Origin: the human T2T-CHM13v2.0 reference genome, Homo sapiens
Length of the DNA: 64,000 nucleotides
Strand: one strand, 5' to 3'
NCBI RefSeq assembly: GCF_009914755.1
Contig: NC_060925.1
Below, piece by piece: positions 8,881-22,919 of this stretch (positions are counted from its first letter, which is position 1; each line of letters begins with the position of its first letter). Both the position numbers and the translations under genes were made by a program. Below the pieces are notes generated by a model that did not search any database, was not told the DNA's origin, and saw only the letters and a list, made by a program, of their open reading frames with translations.

Positions 8881-9166
8881 GAGGCGGCTTCAGGGCCCGG
8901 CTTGCGCCTCCTGGCCCCAGCGCCTCTGGCCCCAGCACTGGGCGCTACCTTGGCGCCTGTCCCCTGCTTCGCTTTAAAACAAACACCCGCAACCAGCCCC
9001 CGCGACGCCGGCGGCAACCGGCCTGCCCTCACGAGCAGCTCTGGCCCTGTTCGCAGCACACCCTCCAAACACCGCGCGCCTCCTTCCCCGGCGCACAGGC
9101 ACGCAGCCACAGGCCAAGCTGCGACGCGAGCTCCGCGACGGGGACCTCCGCAAAAGGTCCGCCCGC

Positions 9167-9238
9167 TGCGTTGGCCGGGAATCGAACCCGGGTCAACTGC
9201 TTGGAAGGCAGCTATGCTCACCACTATACCACCAACGC
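9167..9238 (-). tRNA. TRG-TCC2: tRNA-Gly(TCC), unit 2
   Basis: Identical to unit 1. Confidence 0.97.
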
Positions 9239-9824
9239 CGCACGGCGCGGGCAGCCCCGCCGCGCCGGCCCGGGGCTCCCACCAGCGCGCCGCCGACGCC
9301 CGGGGCAGGCCGGCCCCGACGCCCGGTCCGTCCGCCCGCCCGCAGCTCCGCGCTGCCGCGGCCCCGCCAAAGGCCGCCCCGCGCCCCACCGGGGCAAGGC
9401 CAGCGCGGCTGCCCCGTTCCGCCCGCCTGCCTCTGGGGGCGCTCTCGCTCCCTCGCCGCCCGGGGCCGCCAGAGCCCTTCCCCACCAGGTGCCCGGCGGG
9501 GACACGGCCGGCGCCGACGGGGTCCCCACTCCTCCGCCTCCCACCGGGCGCCGGGCCCTGTGCCTCGCAGAAAGCCTCTTCCGACACCCACTTTGGGCCG
9601 GCAGCTCTCTGGGCGCCGTGGGGGCCAGAGGAGGCCGCCCGGCTGCGGGCGACCAAGCCGCGGGCGAGAAGAAAAGGTAGGAGGCCAACGGGGCCCAGGA
9701 GGCCCAGGGGGCCAAGGGGCCAGGCCCGAGATGGCGCCCTGCGACTAGCGGGAGGGCGGAGGAAGGAGAGAGAAGGAGGGCCCACAGGCTGGGTCCGAGG
9801 CGGCGGCCCAAAAAGCACGGCTGC

Positions 9825-9896
9825 CTCCCCGTCGGGGAATCGAACCCCGGTCTCCCGCGTGACAGGCGGGGATACTCACCACTATACTAACGAGGA
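9825..9896 (-). tRNA. TRD-GTC2: tRNA-Asp(GTC), unit 2
   Basis: Identical to unit 1. Confidence 0.97.
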
Positions 9897-10532
9897 CGAC
9901 GGCGACGGTCGCCGGGACGCCAGACCCCACTCCGACCGCGGACGCCTAGCCCTGCCTTGATCCCCTCCCCCGACGGCAGGGGCCGGGCGCGTGCTCGCCT
10001 TCCACCCGCCGCCCGCCGCCCGCCACCCGCCACACGCCACCCGTCACCTGCCACCCGCCCCCCGCCACCGTTGGCACGACCTACCCCGACACCCAACAAA
10101 GCACCCTGCGATCCCGCTGGGACCCGGAGCCGGAGCCGGACCCCGACAGGTACCGGAGCGGCGTGGAACCTCCCCGCGCGCCCTGCCTGCTGTCTCCAAC
10201 GCGGGGATCGCGCCGGGGCAGGAGGAGGCGCGGGCGAAACAGTCAGGCCGCTGCTCCTAGGACGCGGTGGGCGCACGCCCTGCGGGGTTCGGCGAGCGGA
10301 GGCGCGGGGGCTGGGGCGTGCGCCGGCGGCGGCCGGCCCGACGCGGACCCTTTGGGTCCGGGGTGGGGACGCGGGGGCGTCCACGCCAACGCCAGCCGGC
10401 TCCGTTCACTTGGCGCCCGCTCCGCCCGCGCGGTCCGTCGGTTGCGCACCGAACCCAGACAGGCGCCGGCCAAGGGCGCAGGCGTTCGCGCCGGGTCCCA
10501 GCCATGCCAGCGGCGACGCGCCCCGGCGCGCC

Positions 10533-10615
10533 GTCAGGATGGCCGAGCGGTCTAAGGCGCTGCGTTCAGGTCGCAGTCTCCCCTGGAGGCGTGGGTTCGA
10601 ATCCCACTCCTGACA
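10533..10615 (+). tRNA. TRL-CAG1: tRNA-Leu(CAG), unit 2
   Basis: Identical to unit 1. Confidence 0.97.
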
Positions 10616-12275
10616 AGCCGACCTTTTGGCCCGCCCGCCGGAGGGCAACGCCCATGGCAACCCTGGAGCACCTTTGGCCGCTTCCTGCCTTGAGCCCTTG
10701 CCCGCTCTCCAGACTCCAGCCCCCTTGAAGCAAGCCTCCAAAACGCCGCCGCTTCTCAGGCACGTCCGTTCTTCCTGCCCACCCGCCGGCTGTCGCAGAA
10801 ACAGCCCAGGACCATGCGCCAGCGCCCGCGACCCTCTACCAATTGCCCTTCGGACAGACGCCCTCCCCACCACCTCACACGCCCTCTTCCCTGGCCCCAC
10901 ACACAGCGAGCGACCGCGACCACCTTCCACGCTCTTCCCTGCCTATCTCCTCCGCCCGCCTTCTCCTCACTCGCCCAAACAGACACAGCCCAGATTCTTC
11001 CCCTATTCCTCCTTTTCCCTCCTTCCTCCCACCGGCCTGCGCCCACCGCCCACCGCCTTGAATCGCCGCTGCGCTGCCCAGAGGCGTCCTGGCCTGAACA
11101 GCCCGCCCGGTTTCACCCTCCAACTTCTGACCGCTGAGCAGCAGCGAGCGACTCGCTCGTGGAGCCGCACACACGTCTCCCACCAGAGGCACGCCATCCA
11201 ACATCCTGTCCTTTCCTCCGACCCCTCGGACCCCGGCCGCGCATTCCATTCTGCCGACACCCTAGCCAGGTCGCCGATCCCACCTCGCTACCTGTGCTCC
11301 CTTCCCGCTAACACCTGCCTGCCGGCCCACCTGCAGCCCGGACGCCTGCCGGCCAGAGGCAGCGGGAACCCTGCACACAGCCGGGCAGGCGAGTCCAAAC
11401 CCGGAAAGACAGCCCAAGAGGAATCACGAGCGGAAGCCCTAGATCCCTGTCACCCGCCCACAAACGCCTGGCCCCGCCGGGACCAGCTCTGCGCCACAGC
11501 GCATCCCCACGCGGGAAGCCGCGGCCTGGGCCGTCCCAGCCACACCCAGCGCGCCTTCTCCAGGGTCAGCCAGCTGCGGCTCTGCCGAAGCGCTCCTCCG
11601 CTCCTTTCTCGCGCTCCAGCCTCCCTACCAGCCCAGGGGGCCGGACCCCAAGTGCGAGCCGGTGGCGTGGGTCAGAGCGCAGGAGCGAGGCGCCCACGGA
11701 CCTGGTCTGCGTTTCTGAGCCGCACGCCACGGCTGCGAGACCCGTTCCCCATCGCCGCCCCCGCTCGCTGACACACCCATCCCGCCTCTCACCTGCTGGT
11801 GACACAAGTGAGAAGGCTGGCCCCACGGTGGTGAAAAAAAAAAACACCTCACGAAAGAAAGAAAGAAAGAAAGAAAGAAAGACAGAAAGAAACAACAAAA
11901 ACAAAACACAAAAACTCTGGGTCTGTGCCGGGGATCCGCGCTCAGCAAGGCCCGCCACAGCAAATCTGCCCACACGGGCATTTGGGCGCGGGCCACGGCC
12001 GGTCCTTCCCCTGGAGACCCCGGCGGGCAGTCTCTCGACCCTGGGCGGCAGAGAAAGCGCAAGATGGGACGAGTCGGCCTCTCTCCCTCCGCTCTCCCTC
12101 CGCGCCCCGCCTCAGGTCCCTCGACGTGACGAGAGCCTCCCCTTCTGCTCGCCCCATCGGGCCAGCCTCTCGTGGACGCTGCAATAGGACGGAGGCCCAC
12201 GGCAGGCGGTGACCAGTGAACGGCGGCTGGTGGCGAGTTCCGCTGTGCCAGCTTCCGTTGGCGTTTGCCATCGGT

Positions 12276-12346
12276 GCATGGGTGGTTCAGTGGTAGAATT
12301 CTCGCCTGCCACGCGGGAGGCCCGGGTTCGATTCCCGGCCCATGCA
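12276..12346 (+). tRNA. TRG-GCC1: tRNA-Gly(GCC), unit 2
   Basis: Identical to unit 1. Confidence 0.97.
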
Positions 12347-12727
12347 GCACGCCCTCCCATTTTGGTGCTGCAGCAGCACCAAGGCGTAGCTGCGCTCGCC
12401 TCTGCCGCCTCCTTACACTCGGGGCGCGCGAGCGAGTCCGGCACCGGCTGCGCTCCCACGCGCGACGGCCCTCTGCCCTTTCTTCCGTGCCTCTCTCGAC
12501 TGACTTAGGGATGAGCCTACCCCACGCACCCACACACCTTGGTGACAACAACCCCTCCAGACACGAGAGCGCGCCAGACACCAGAACTTGGCAGCCTCCT
12601 GGTCCTGTTTCTCTGCATTGCCCTGCCACCGCCTCTGCCCGACGCATTTCACTTCACGGAACACCGCCAGGCACCACGGGCTTGCAGCCACTCGCACCAC
12701 CCCTTCTCTTCACATTTCACCGCCTCG

Positions 12728-12772
<45 letters not shown>

Positions 12773-14568
12773 CCCCGCCCCCCTCGCTGGCTCCCCACAT
12801 CCAGAAAATGATGCCATGGTTGCCCTTCCAGTAGGAAGGAAGTCGCGACTCCAGGGAGTAACTCATCACTTTCCCCTAGTTGGTCACACAGTCCTTAACG
12901 CGACCACACGAGTGTACGCGTGGCATGTGCACCGTCTATATTCACCGTGTTCCGGCTACTCCACACTCTCTCCCCTCATTCTGCCGGCACCACCACCGCC
13001 ATGTCGCAACTCCCAACCTAACCCCAATCCACCACTTTAGTCGAGGATGCTGCCTTGTTTCTCCCCCTCGGACCTCTTTTCATCTCAGCCCCAGACACAT
13101 GCCTGAGACGTGAATGTGCGTCCTGAAGACGGCTTATTTATGTCTCGGGTCCAGTTGCATTCCCTACCCTTTTGGGACGTGGGACGTGGCCTCCAGTCGC
13201 TCTGTCACGATGTCTCTCCCACCCTGGGCTGCTTGCCACCTCACCTCAGCCCCACTCCATACTCTGACCGCCCAGCCCAAGCAGCATCCCAGTCTCGCCG
13301 GCGCGGGTCCCCTTTGACCACACAGACTTCGTTCCTGCCCAGACCAACCGGCTGAAAATGTACTGTTCCCACCAGCCTTCAGGCTCAGCCCTCCCTCCCC
13401 CACCTTTGTCTCACGCCACCCACCCCTTCACTCACACACACACTCTGACGCGCACACACACACACACACACACTCACACTCTCACTCTCTCTCTCTCTCA
13501 CTCTCTGTCTTTCTCTGTCTCTCTCTCTCTCTCTGTCTCTATGTCTCTATCTCTCTGTCTCTGTCTCACACAGCCAACTCTCCGTCTCGCCGTCAATGCC
13601 CCTCTCTCAGACGACTCATATCCCCCAGCCCTGGCCTCCTTCAGCCTCTTCAGACTCACGCCAGCTCCGCCACCAGCTGGGATCCCTCCGACCTATGGCA
13701 TAGGCAGCCCGCGAGGTGCCCTAACGCCCCAGGCATCTGCACAACCTCCGTTTGACTGCACAGCCTCACTCCCAGACCTGGCCAGCCAGCCCTGTGCACC
13801 CCCTGGACACCCTGGACTCCTTCTTCCAGCTCCCAGCACGCGACATGCTTCTCTCCTTTCCTTGGTGTCAGCCCCTTGCCCCGGGCTAGGGTGGACGCCA
13901 GCCACGGGATCGGACACCTTCGTCCGTCGCTGTCACCCACTGACATCCACCCACAACACGCTGGCAAGCAAGCCAGCCTCCCGTGGGGATGGCAAACATC
14001 TCTATCCCCGATAGGGTCTGGTCCCTGCAGGTGATCCGACTGTGCCAAGATCCCACGAATGACACGGGACAGGTTTGTGCAGTTGGTTGGACGTCTACTT
14101 TGCCCCTACAGAGGGGTTTTGGCAAGAAGTCGACTGACTTCTGCCATTGACCTGGGGAATCAGCCAAACAATAAGATCAGTACGGGTTGAATAGAGGTTG
14201 GAGAACTGGGCTCATCTGTGCTAAGGAGGGGATGGGAAAAAAGTCCCACAGCGAATCTTGGCGCTGGGGATAGGTACCATCTCCACATGTTCCTTGACAT
14301 TTGGAGAGACGATAGAGAGCGTAGGTCAGGCAATGGGAAGCAAACTTCGGCTAGAAGTCTGTCAGGAACCCCAACCCCGCACATGCGCTTTGGTCAGCCT
14401 GGCCGTTGGGTTTTCCCCACGAACTGCTGCATCTCCACGCTTCAATGCCCGTGGCCAGGTTGGTCTGACTAATGGGACCTCTCAAGATTCATTTTCACAT
14501 CCAGAATAGGCGAGAATCTCAAACCTGTCGACGGTGAGCGGGAGCATGTGTACGCACATGCACGTGTA

Positions 14569-15562
14569 CGTTGCGGGAAGTCAGGGACCCCGAACGGAGG
14601 GAGCGGCTGGAGCTGCGGCCGAGGCACGTAAATTGTGAGGATTTCATTTCAATACGGACATTCATCAGTTCCCAAATAATGCTTTTATAATTTCTTACGC
14701 CTGTCTTTACTTTAATCTCTTAATCCTGTTATCTTCGTAAGCTGAGGATGTACGTCACCTCAGGACCGCTGTGACAATTGTGTTGACTCTACAAATTGAT
14801 GGTAAAACGTGTGTGTTTGAACAGCATGAAATCAGGGCACCTTGAAAAAGAATAGAATAACAGCGACTTTTAGGGAACAGGGGAAGACAACGGTAAGGTC
14901 TGACTGCCTGCGAGGTCGGGCAGAAAGAGCCATATTTTTCTTCTTGCAGAGAGCCTATGAAGGACGTGCAGGTAGGGAAGATGTGGCTAAGACAACCTAA
15001 GTGTCCATCGGCCGGGAAATGGATTAACAAAAATGTGGCATATAGACACCATGGAATACTCTTTGGCCATAGAAAAGAACGAAATCCTCTGGTCTGCAGC
15101 AACAGAGGCGGAGCTAAAGGTCACGATGGAACATCAAACGAGCCGGGCACAGAAAGACAGAGAGGGCAGGTTCTTACTCCAATCCTGGGAGCTCAAAATG
15201 TTCACCTTGTGGAGGTAGAGAGTAGAACGATAGACACCAGAGGCTGGAGAGGGTGTGTGGGTGACTGCGGTGAAGAGAGGTTGGTGAAATGGGTCCGAGC
15301 ATGCGTTTGGATGGAGGGAATACGTTCCAATAATGTTCTACGGCGGAGTAGGGCGACTAGGGGTAACAACGATGTATTAGTGCTTGTTTCCGAAGAGCTC
15401 CTGGAAGACAGCACCTGAGATGCTCCCAACAGGTAGAGATGACAGATACCCACGGGATGGATGCCCTACATCCCCTCAGTTGACCATCGATCACTACGCG
15501 ATGTACACGCGTTACCACACGTCACAGGAATCCCATGGATATCATGTCCGCATGAAGAAAAA
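14569..15562 (+). mobile_element. MER11 5' fragment (14569-14990) + L1M 3' fragment (14991-15562)
   Basis: Copy of 7182-8175. Confidence 0.85.
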
Positions 15563-16195
15563 CATAGTCATGCTGCCAGGGTGATTGTCGCAGCTCTGCC
15601 TCCCTAGCGCTATGGCCCGTGGTCTCGGCTCCTCAAGTTCCGCTGCCATTACTACCAAAGCCGCTGACACCCGTGGAGCCCAATCACGGATCCCACGCCT
15701 TGGGAAAGCCAGTGCGCTTGCTGGCATGAGTGGCTCTGGCGGGTGGCCCAACCATTAGGCGCAGATCCCCCGCAGCCGAGAGAGAAGTGGCCCGTCAGCC
15801 ACTCGGCTTGGCTTGGCAGAAGCCGCTCCGCTCGAGAGTCCTGGCCCATCCCGTGGCCAGCCGAGAGTGCGAGGGTGGCGGTGGTGGTGGTGGCGGGTCA
15901 CCTGGCGGCCATGGGAGGAGAAAGCCTGACCTGGCCAGTGGGCTTTGCCGCTGACAAAGAGTGGGAGCGAGGCGAGCACCTGACAAGGAAGGGCTGTGAA
16001 GCTGATGTTGCGAAGGTGGCGCCAGCGAGGCCAAAAGGAGGGATGGGTGGAGGTAGGCGGGGAGCGTTGGGGCGGCGCACGTGGAAGCCGAGGGAGGTTG
16101 TGGCTGGGGCGCGGGAGAAGCGAGCCAGCCTGTTGGTCAAAAGGGGAGGTGTGAAGGGGCCTGGCAGTTGGCAGGCAGAGCCAACGAAGGAAGGC

Positions 16196-16267
16196 TTCCC
16201 TGACCGGGAATCGAACCCGGGCCGCGGCGGTGAGAGCGCCGAATCCTAACCACTAGACCACCAGGGA
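16196..16267 (-). tRNA. TRE-CTC1: tRNA-Glu(CTC), unit 3
   Basis: Identical to unit 1. Confidence 0.97.
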
Positions 16268-16553
16268 GAGGCGGCTTCAGGGCCCGGCTTGCGCCTCCTG
16301 GCCCCAGCGCCTCTGGCCCCAGCACTGGGCGCTACCTTGGCGCCTGTCCCCTGCTTCGCTTTAAAACAAACACCCGCAACCAGCCCCCGCGACGCCGGCG
16401 GCAACCGGCCTGCCCTCACGAGCAGCTCTGGCCCTGTTCGCAGCACACCCTCCAAACACCGCGCGCGTCCTTCCCCGGCGCACAGGCACGCAGCCACAGG
16501 CCAAGCTGCGACGCGAGCTCCGCGACGGGGACCTCCGCAAAAGGTCCGCCCGC

Positions 16554-16625
16554 TGCGTTGGCCGGGAATCGAACCCGGGTCAACTGCTTGGAAGGCAGCT
16601 ATGCTCACCACTATACCACCAACGC
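16554..16625 (-). tRNA. TRG-TCC2: tRNA-Gly(TCC), unit 3
   Basis: Identical to unit 1. Confidence 0.97.
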
Positions 16626-17211
16626 CGCACGGCGCGGGCAGCCCCGCCGCGCCGGCCCGGGGCTCCCACCAGCGCGCCGCCGACGCCCGGGGCAGGCCGG
16701 CCCCGACGCCCGGTCCGTCCGCCCGCCCGCAGCTCCGCGCTGCCGCGGCCCCGCCAAAGGCCGCCCCGCGCCCCACCGGGGCAAGGCCAGCGCGGCTGCC
16801 CCGTTCCGCCCGCCTGCCTCTGGGGGCGCTCTCGCTCCCTCGCCGCCCGGGGCCGCCAGAGCCCTTCCCCACCAGGTGCCCGGCGGGGACACGGCCGGCG
16901 CCGACGGGGTCCCCACTCCTCCGCCTCCCACCGGGCGCCGGGCCCTGTGCCTCGCAGAAAGCCTCTTCCGACACCCACTTTGGGCCGGCAGCTCTCTGGG
17001 CGCCGTGGGGGCCAGAGGAGGCCGCCCGGCTGCGGGCGACCAAGCCGCGGGCGAGAAGAAAAGGTAGGAGGCCAAGGGGGCCCAGGAGGCCCAGGGGGCC
17101 AAGGGGCCAGGCCCGAGATGGCGCCCTGCGACTAGCGGGAGGGCGGAGGAAGGAGAGAGAAGGAGGGCCCACAGGCTGGGTCCGAGGCGGCGGCCCAAAA
17201 AGCACGGCTGC

Positions 17212-17283
17212 CTCCCCGTCGGGGAATCGAACCCCGGTCTCCCGCGTGACAGGCGGGGATACTCACCACTATACTAACGAGGA
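17212..17283 (-). tRNA. TRD-GTC2: tRNA-Asp(GTC), unit 3
   Basis: Identical to unit 1. Confidence 0.97.
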
Positions 17284-17919
17284 CGACGGCGACGGTCGCC
17301 GGGACGCCAGACCCCACTCCGACCGCGGACGCCTAGCCCTGCCTTGATCCCCTCCCCCGACGGCAGGGGCCGGGCGCGTGCTCGCCTTCCACCCGCCGCC
17401 CGCCGCCCGCCACCCGCCACACGCCACCCGTCACCTGCCACCCGCCCCCCGCCACCGTTGGCACGACCTACCCCGACACCCAACAAAGCACCCTGCGATC
17501 CCGCTGGGACCCGGAGCCGGAGCCGGACCCCGACAGGTACCGGAGCGGCGTGGAACCTCCCCGCGCGCCCTGCCTGCTGTCTCCAACGCGGGGATCGCGC
17601 CGGGGCAGGAGGAGGCGCGGGCGAAACAGTCAGGCCGCTGCTCCTAGGACGCGGTGGGCGCACGCCCTGCGGGGTTCGGCGAGCGGAGGCGCGGGGGCTG
17701 GGGCGTGCGCCGGCGGCGGCCGGCCCGACGCGGACCCTTTGGGTCCGGGGTGGGGACGCGGGGGCGTCCACGCCAACGCCAGCCGGCTCCGTTCACTTGG
17801 CGCCCGCTCCGCCCGCGCGGTCCGTCGGTTGCGCACCGAACCCAGACAGGCGCCGGCCAAGGGCGCAGGCGTTCGCGCCGGGTCCCAGCCATGCCAGCGG
17901 CGACGCGCCCCGGCGCGCC

Positions 17920-18002
17920 GTCAGGATGGCCGAGCGGTCTAAGGCGCTGCGTTCAGGTCGCAGTCTCCCCTGGAGGCGTGGGTTCGAATCCCACTCCTGA
18001 CA
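17920..18002 (+). tRNA. TRL-CAG1: tRNA-Leu(CAG), unit 3
   Basis: Identical to unit 1. Confidence 0.97.
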
Positions 18003-19645
18003 AGCCGACCTTTTGGCCCGCCCGCCGGAGGGCAACGCCCATGGCAACCCTGGAGCACCTTTGGCCGCTTCCTGCCTTGAGCCCTTGCCCGCTCTCCAGA
18101 CTCCAGCCCCCTTGAAGCAAGCCTCCAAAACGCCGCCGCTTCTCAGGCACGTCCGTTCTTCCTGCCCACCCGCCGGCTGTCGCAGAAACAGCCCAGGACC
18201 ATGCGCCAGCGCCCGCGACCCTCTACCAATTGCCCTTCGGACAGACGCCCTCCCCACCACCTCACACGCCCTCTTCCCTGGCCCCACACACAGCGAGCGA
18301 CCGCGACCACCTTCCACGCTCTTCCCTGCCTATCTCCTCCGCCCGCCTTCTCCTCACTCGCCCAAACAGACACAGCCCAGATTCTTCCCCTATTCCTCCT
18401 TTTCCCTCCTTCCTCCCACCGGCCTGCGCCCACCGCCCACCGCCTTGAATCGCCGCTGCGCTGCCCAGAGGCGTCCTGGCCTGAACAGCCCGCCCGGTTT
18501 CACCCTCCAACTTCTGACCGCTGAGCAGCAGCGAGCGACTCGCTCGTGGAGCCGCACACACGTCTCCCACCAGAGGCACGCCATCCAACATCCTGTCCTT
18601 TCCTCCGACCCCTCGGACCCCGGCCGCGCATTCCATTCTGCCGACACCCTAGCCAGGTCGCCGATCCCACCTCGCTACCTGTGCTCCCTTCCCGCTAACA
18701 CCTGCCTGCCGGCCCACCTGCAGCCCGGACGCCTGCCGGCCAGAGGCAGCGGGAACCCTGCACACAGCCTGGCAGGCGAGTCCAAACCCGGAAAGACAGC
18801 CCAAGAGGAATCACGAGCGGAAGCCCTAGATCCCCGTCACCCGCCCACAAACGCCTGGCCCCGCCGGGACCAGCTCTGCGCCACAGCGCATCCCCACGCG
18901 GGAAGCCGCGGCCTGGGCCGTCCCAGCCACACCCAGCGCGCCTTCTCCAGGGTCAGCCAGCTGCGGCTCTGCCGAAGCGCTCCTCCGCTCCTTTCTCGCG
19001 CTCCAGCCTCCCTACCAGCCCAGGGGGCCGGACCCCAAGTGCGAGCCGGTGGCGTGGGTCAGAGCGCAGGAGCGAGGCGCCCACGGACCTGGTCTGCGTT
19101 TCTGAGCCGCACGCCACGGCTGCGAGACCCGTTCCCCATCGCCGCCCCCGCTCGCTGACACACCCATCCCGCCTCTCACCTGCTGGTGACACAAGTGAGA
19201 AGGCTGGCCCCACGGTGGTGAAAAAAAAAACACCTCACGAAAGAAAGAAAGACAGAAAGAAACAACAAAAACAAAACACAAAAACTCTGGGTCTGTGCCG
19301 GGGATCCGCGCTCAGCAAGGCCCGCCACAGCAAATCTGCCCACACGGGCATTCGGGCGCGGGCCACGGCCGGTCCTTCCCCTGGAGACCCCGGCGGGCAG
19401 TCTCTCGACCCTGGGCGGCAGAGAAAGCGCAAGATGGGACGAGTCGGCCTCTCTCCCTCCGCTCTCCCTCCGCGCCCCGCCTCAGGTCCCTCGACGTGAC
19501 GAGAGCCTCCCCTTCTGCTCGCCCCATCGGGCCAGCCTCTCGTGGACGCTGCAATAGGACGGAGGCCCACGGCAGGCGGTGACCAGTGAACGGCGGCTGG
19601 TGGCGAGTTCCGCTGTGCCAGCTTCCGTTGGCGTTTGCCATCGGT

Positions 19646-19716
19646 GCATGGGTGGTTCAGTGGTAGAATTCTCGCCTGCCACGCGGGAGGCCCGGGTTCG
19701 ATTCCCGGCCCATGCA
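19646..19716 (+). tRNA. TRG-GCC1: tRNA-Gly(GCC), unit 3
   Basis: Identical to unit 1. Confidence 0.97.
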
Positions 19717-20099
19717 GCACGCCCTCCCATTTTGGTGCTGCAGCAGCACCAAGGCGTAGCTGCGCTCGCCTCTGCCGCCTCCTTACACTCGGGGCGCGCG
19801 AGCGAGTCCGGCACCGGCTGCGCTCCCACGCGCGACGGCCCTCTGCCCTTTCTTCCGTGCCTCTCTCGACTGACTTAGGGATGAGCCTACCCCACGCACC
19901 CACACACCTTGGTGACAACAACCCCTCCAGACACGAGAGCGCGCCAGACACCAGAACTTGGCAGCCTCCTGGTCCTGTTTCTCTTCATTGCCCTGCCACC
20001 GCCTCTGCCCGACGCATTTCACTTCACGGAACACCGCCAGGCACCACGGGCTTGCAGCCACTCGCACCACCCCTTCTCTTCACATTTCACCGCCTCGAC

Positions 20100-20130
<31 letters not shown>

Positions 20131-21925
20131 CCCCCCCCCCCCTCGCTGGCTCCCCACATCCAGAAAATGATGCCATGGTTGCCCTTCCAGTAGGAAGGAA
20201 GTCGCGACTCCAGGGAGTAACTCATCACTTTCCCCTAGTTGGTCACACAGTCCTTAACGCGACCACACGAGTGTACGCGTGGCATGTGCACCGTCTATAT
20301 TCACCGTGTTCCGGCTACTCCACACTCTCTCCCCTCATTCTGCCGGCACCACCACCGCCATGTCGCAACTCCCAACCTAACCCCAATCCACCACTTTAGT
20401 CGAGGATGCTGCCTTGTTTCTCCCCCTCGGACCTCTTTTCATCTCAGCCCCAGACACATGCCTGAGACGTGAATGTGCGTCCTGAAGACGGCTTATTTAT
20501 GTCTCGGGTCCAGTTGCATTCCCTACCCTTTTGGGACGTGGGACGTGGCCTCCAGTCGCTCTGTCACGATGTCTCTCCCACCCTGGGCTGCTTGCCACCT
20601 CACCCCAGCCCCACTCCATACTCTGACCGCCCAGCCCAAGCAGCATCCCAGTCTCGCCGGCGCGGGTCCCCTTTGACCACACAGACTTCGTTCCTGCCCA
20701 GACCAACCGGCTGAAAATGTACTGTTCCCACCAGCCTTCAGGCTCAGCCCTCCCTCCCCCACCTTTGTCTCACGCCACCCACCCCTTCACTCACACACAC
20801 ACTCTGACGCGCACACACACACACACACACTCACACTCTCACTCTCTCTCTCTCTCACTCTCTGTCTTTCTCTGTCTCTCTCTCTCTCTCTGTCTCTATG
20901 TCTCTATCTCTCTGTCTCTGTCTCACACAGCCAACTCTCCGTCTCGCCGTCAATGCCCCTCTCTCAGACGACTCATATCCCCCAGCCCTGGCCTCCTTCA
21001 GCCTCTTCAGACTCACGCCAGCTCCGCCACCAGCTGGGATCCCTCCGACCTATGGCATAGGCAGCCCGCGAGGTGCCCTAACGCCCCAGGCATCTGCACA
21101 ACCTCCGTTTGACTGCACAGCCTCACTCCCAGACCTGGCCAGCCAGCCCTGTGCACCCCCTGGACACCCTGGACTCCTTCTTCCAGCTCCCAGCACGCGA
21201 CATGCTTCTCTCCTTTCCTTGGTGTCAGCCCCTTGCCCCGGGCTAGGGTGGACGCCAGCCACGGGATCGGACACCTTCGTCCGTCGCTGTCACCCACTGA
21301 CATCCACCCACAACACGCTGGCAAGCAAGCCAGCCTCCCGTGGGGATGGCAAACATCTCTATCCCCGATAGGGTCTGGTCCCTGCAGGTGATCCGACTGT
21401 GCCAAGATCCCACGAATGACACGGGACAGGTTTGTGCAGTTGGTTGGACGTCTACTTTGCCCCTACAGAGGGGTTTTGGCAAGAAGTCGACTGACTTCTG
21501 CCATTGACCTGGGGAATCAGCCAAACAATAAGATCAGTACGGGTTGAATAGAGGTTGGAGAACTGGGCTCATCTGTGCTAAGGAGGGGATGGGAAAAAAG
21601 TCCCACAGCGAATCTTGGCGCTGGGGATAGGTACCATCTCCACATGTTCCTTGACATTTGGAGAGACGATAGAGAGCGTAGGTCAGGCAATGGGAAGCAA
21701 ACTTCGGCTAGAAGTCTGTCAGGAACCCCAACCCCGCACATGCGCTTTGGTCAGCCTGGCCGTTGGGTTTTCCCCACGAACTGCTGCATCTCCACGCTTC
21801 AATGCCCGTGGCCAGGTTGGTCTGACTAATGGGACCTCTCAAGATTCATTTTCACATCCAGAATAGGCGAGAATCTCAAACCTGTCGACGGTGAGCGGGA
21901 GCATGTGTACGCACATGCACGTGTA

Positions 21926-22919
21926 CGTTGCGGGAAGTCAGGGACCCCGAACGGAGGGAGCGGCTGGAGCTGCGGCCGAGGCACGTAAATTGTGAGGATT
22001 TCATTTCAATACGGACATTCATCAGTTCCCAAATAATGCTTTTATAATTTCTTACGCCTGTCTTTACTTTAATCTCTTAATCCTGTTATCTTCGTAAGCT
22101 GAGGATGTACGTCACCTCAGGACCGCTGTGACAATTGTGTTGACTCTACAAATTGATGGTAAAACGTGTGTGTTTGAACAGCATGAAATCAGGGCACCTT
22201 GAAAAAGAATAGAATAACAGCGACTTTTAGGGAACAGGGGAAGACAACGGTAAGGTCTGACTGCCTGCGAGGTCGGGCAGAAAGAGCCATATTTTTCTTC
22301 TTGCAGAGAGCCTATGAAGGACGTGCAGGTAGGGAAGATGTGGCTAAGACAACCTAAGTGTCCATCGGCCGGGAAATGGATTAACAAAAATGTGGCATAT
22401 AGACACCATGGAATACTCTTTGGCCATAGAAAAGAACGAAATCCTCTGGTCTGCAGCAACAGAGGCGGAGCTAAAGGTCACGATGGAACATCAAACGAGC
22501 CGGGCACAGAAAGACAGAGAGGGCAGGTTCTTACTCCAATCCTGGGAGCTCAAAATGTTCACCTTGTGGAGGTAGAGAGTAGAACGATAGACACCAGAGG
22601 CTGGAGAGGGTGTGTGGGTGACTGCGGTGAAGAGAGGTTGGTGAAATGGGTCCGAGCATGCGTTTGGATGGAGGGAATACGTTCCAATAATGTTCTACGG
22701 CGGAGTAGGGCGACTAGGGGTAACAACGATGTATTAGTGCTTGTTTCCGAAGAGCTCCTGGAAGACAGCACCTGAGATGCTCCCAACAGGTAGAGATGAC
22801 AGATACCCACGAGATGGATGCCCTACATCCCCTCAGTTGACCATCGATCACTACGCGATGTACACGCGTTACCACACGTCACAGGAATCCCATGGATATC
22901 ATGTCCGCATGAAGAAAAA
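21926..22919 (+). mobile_element. MER11 5' fragment + L1M 3' fragment
   Basis: Copy of 7182-8175. Confidence 0.85.
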
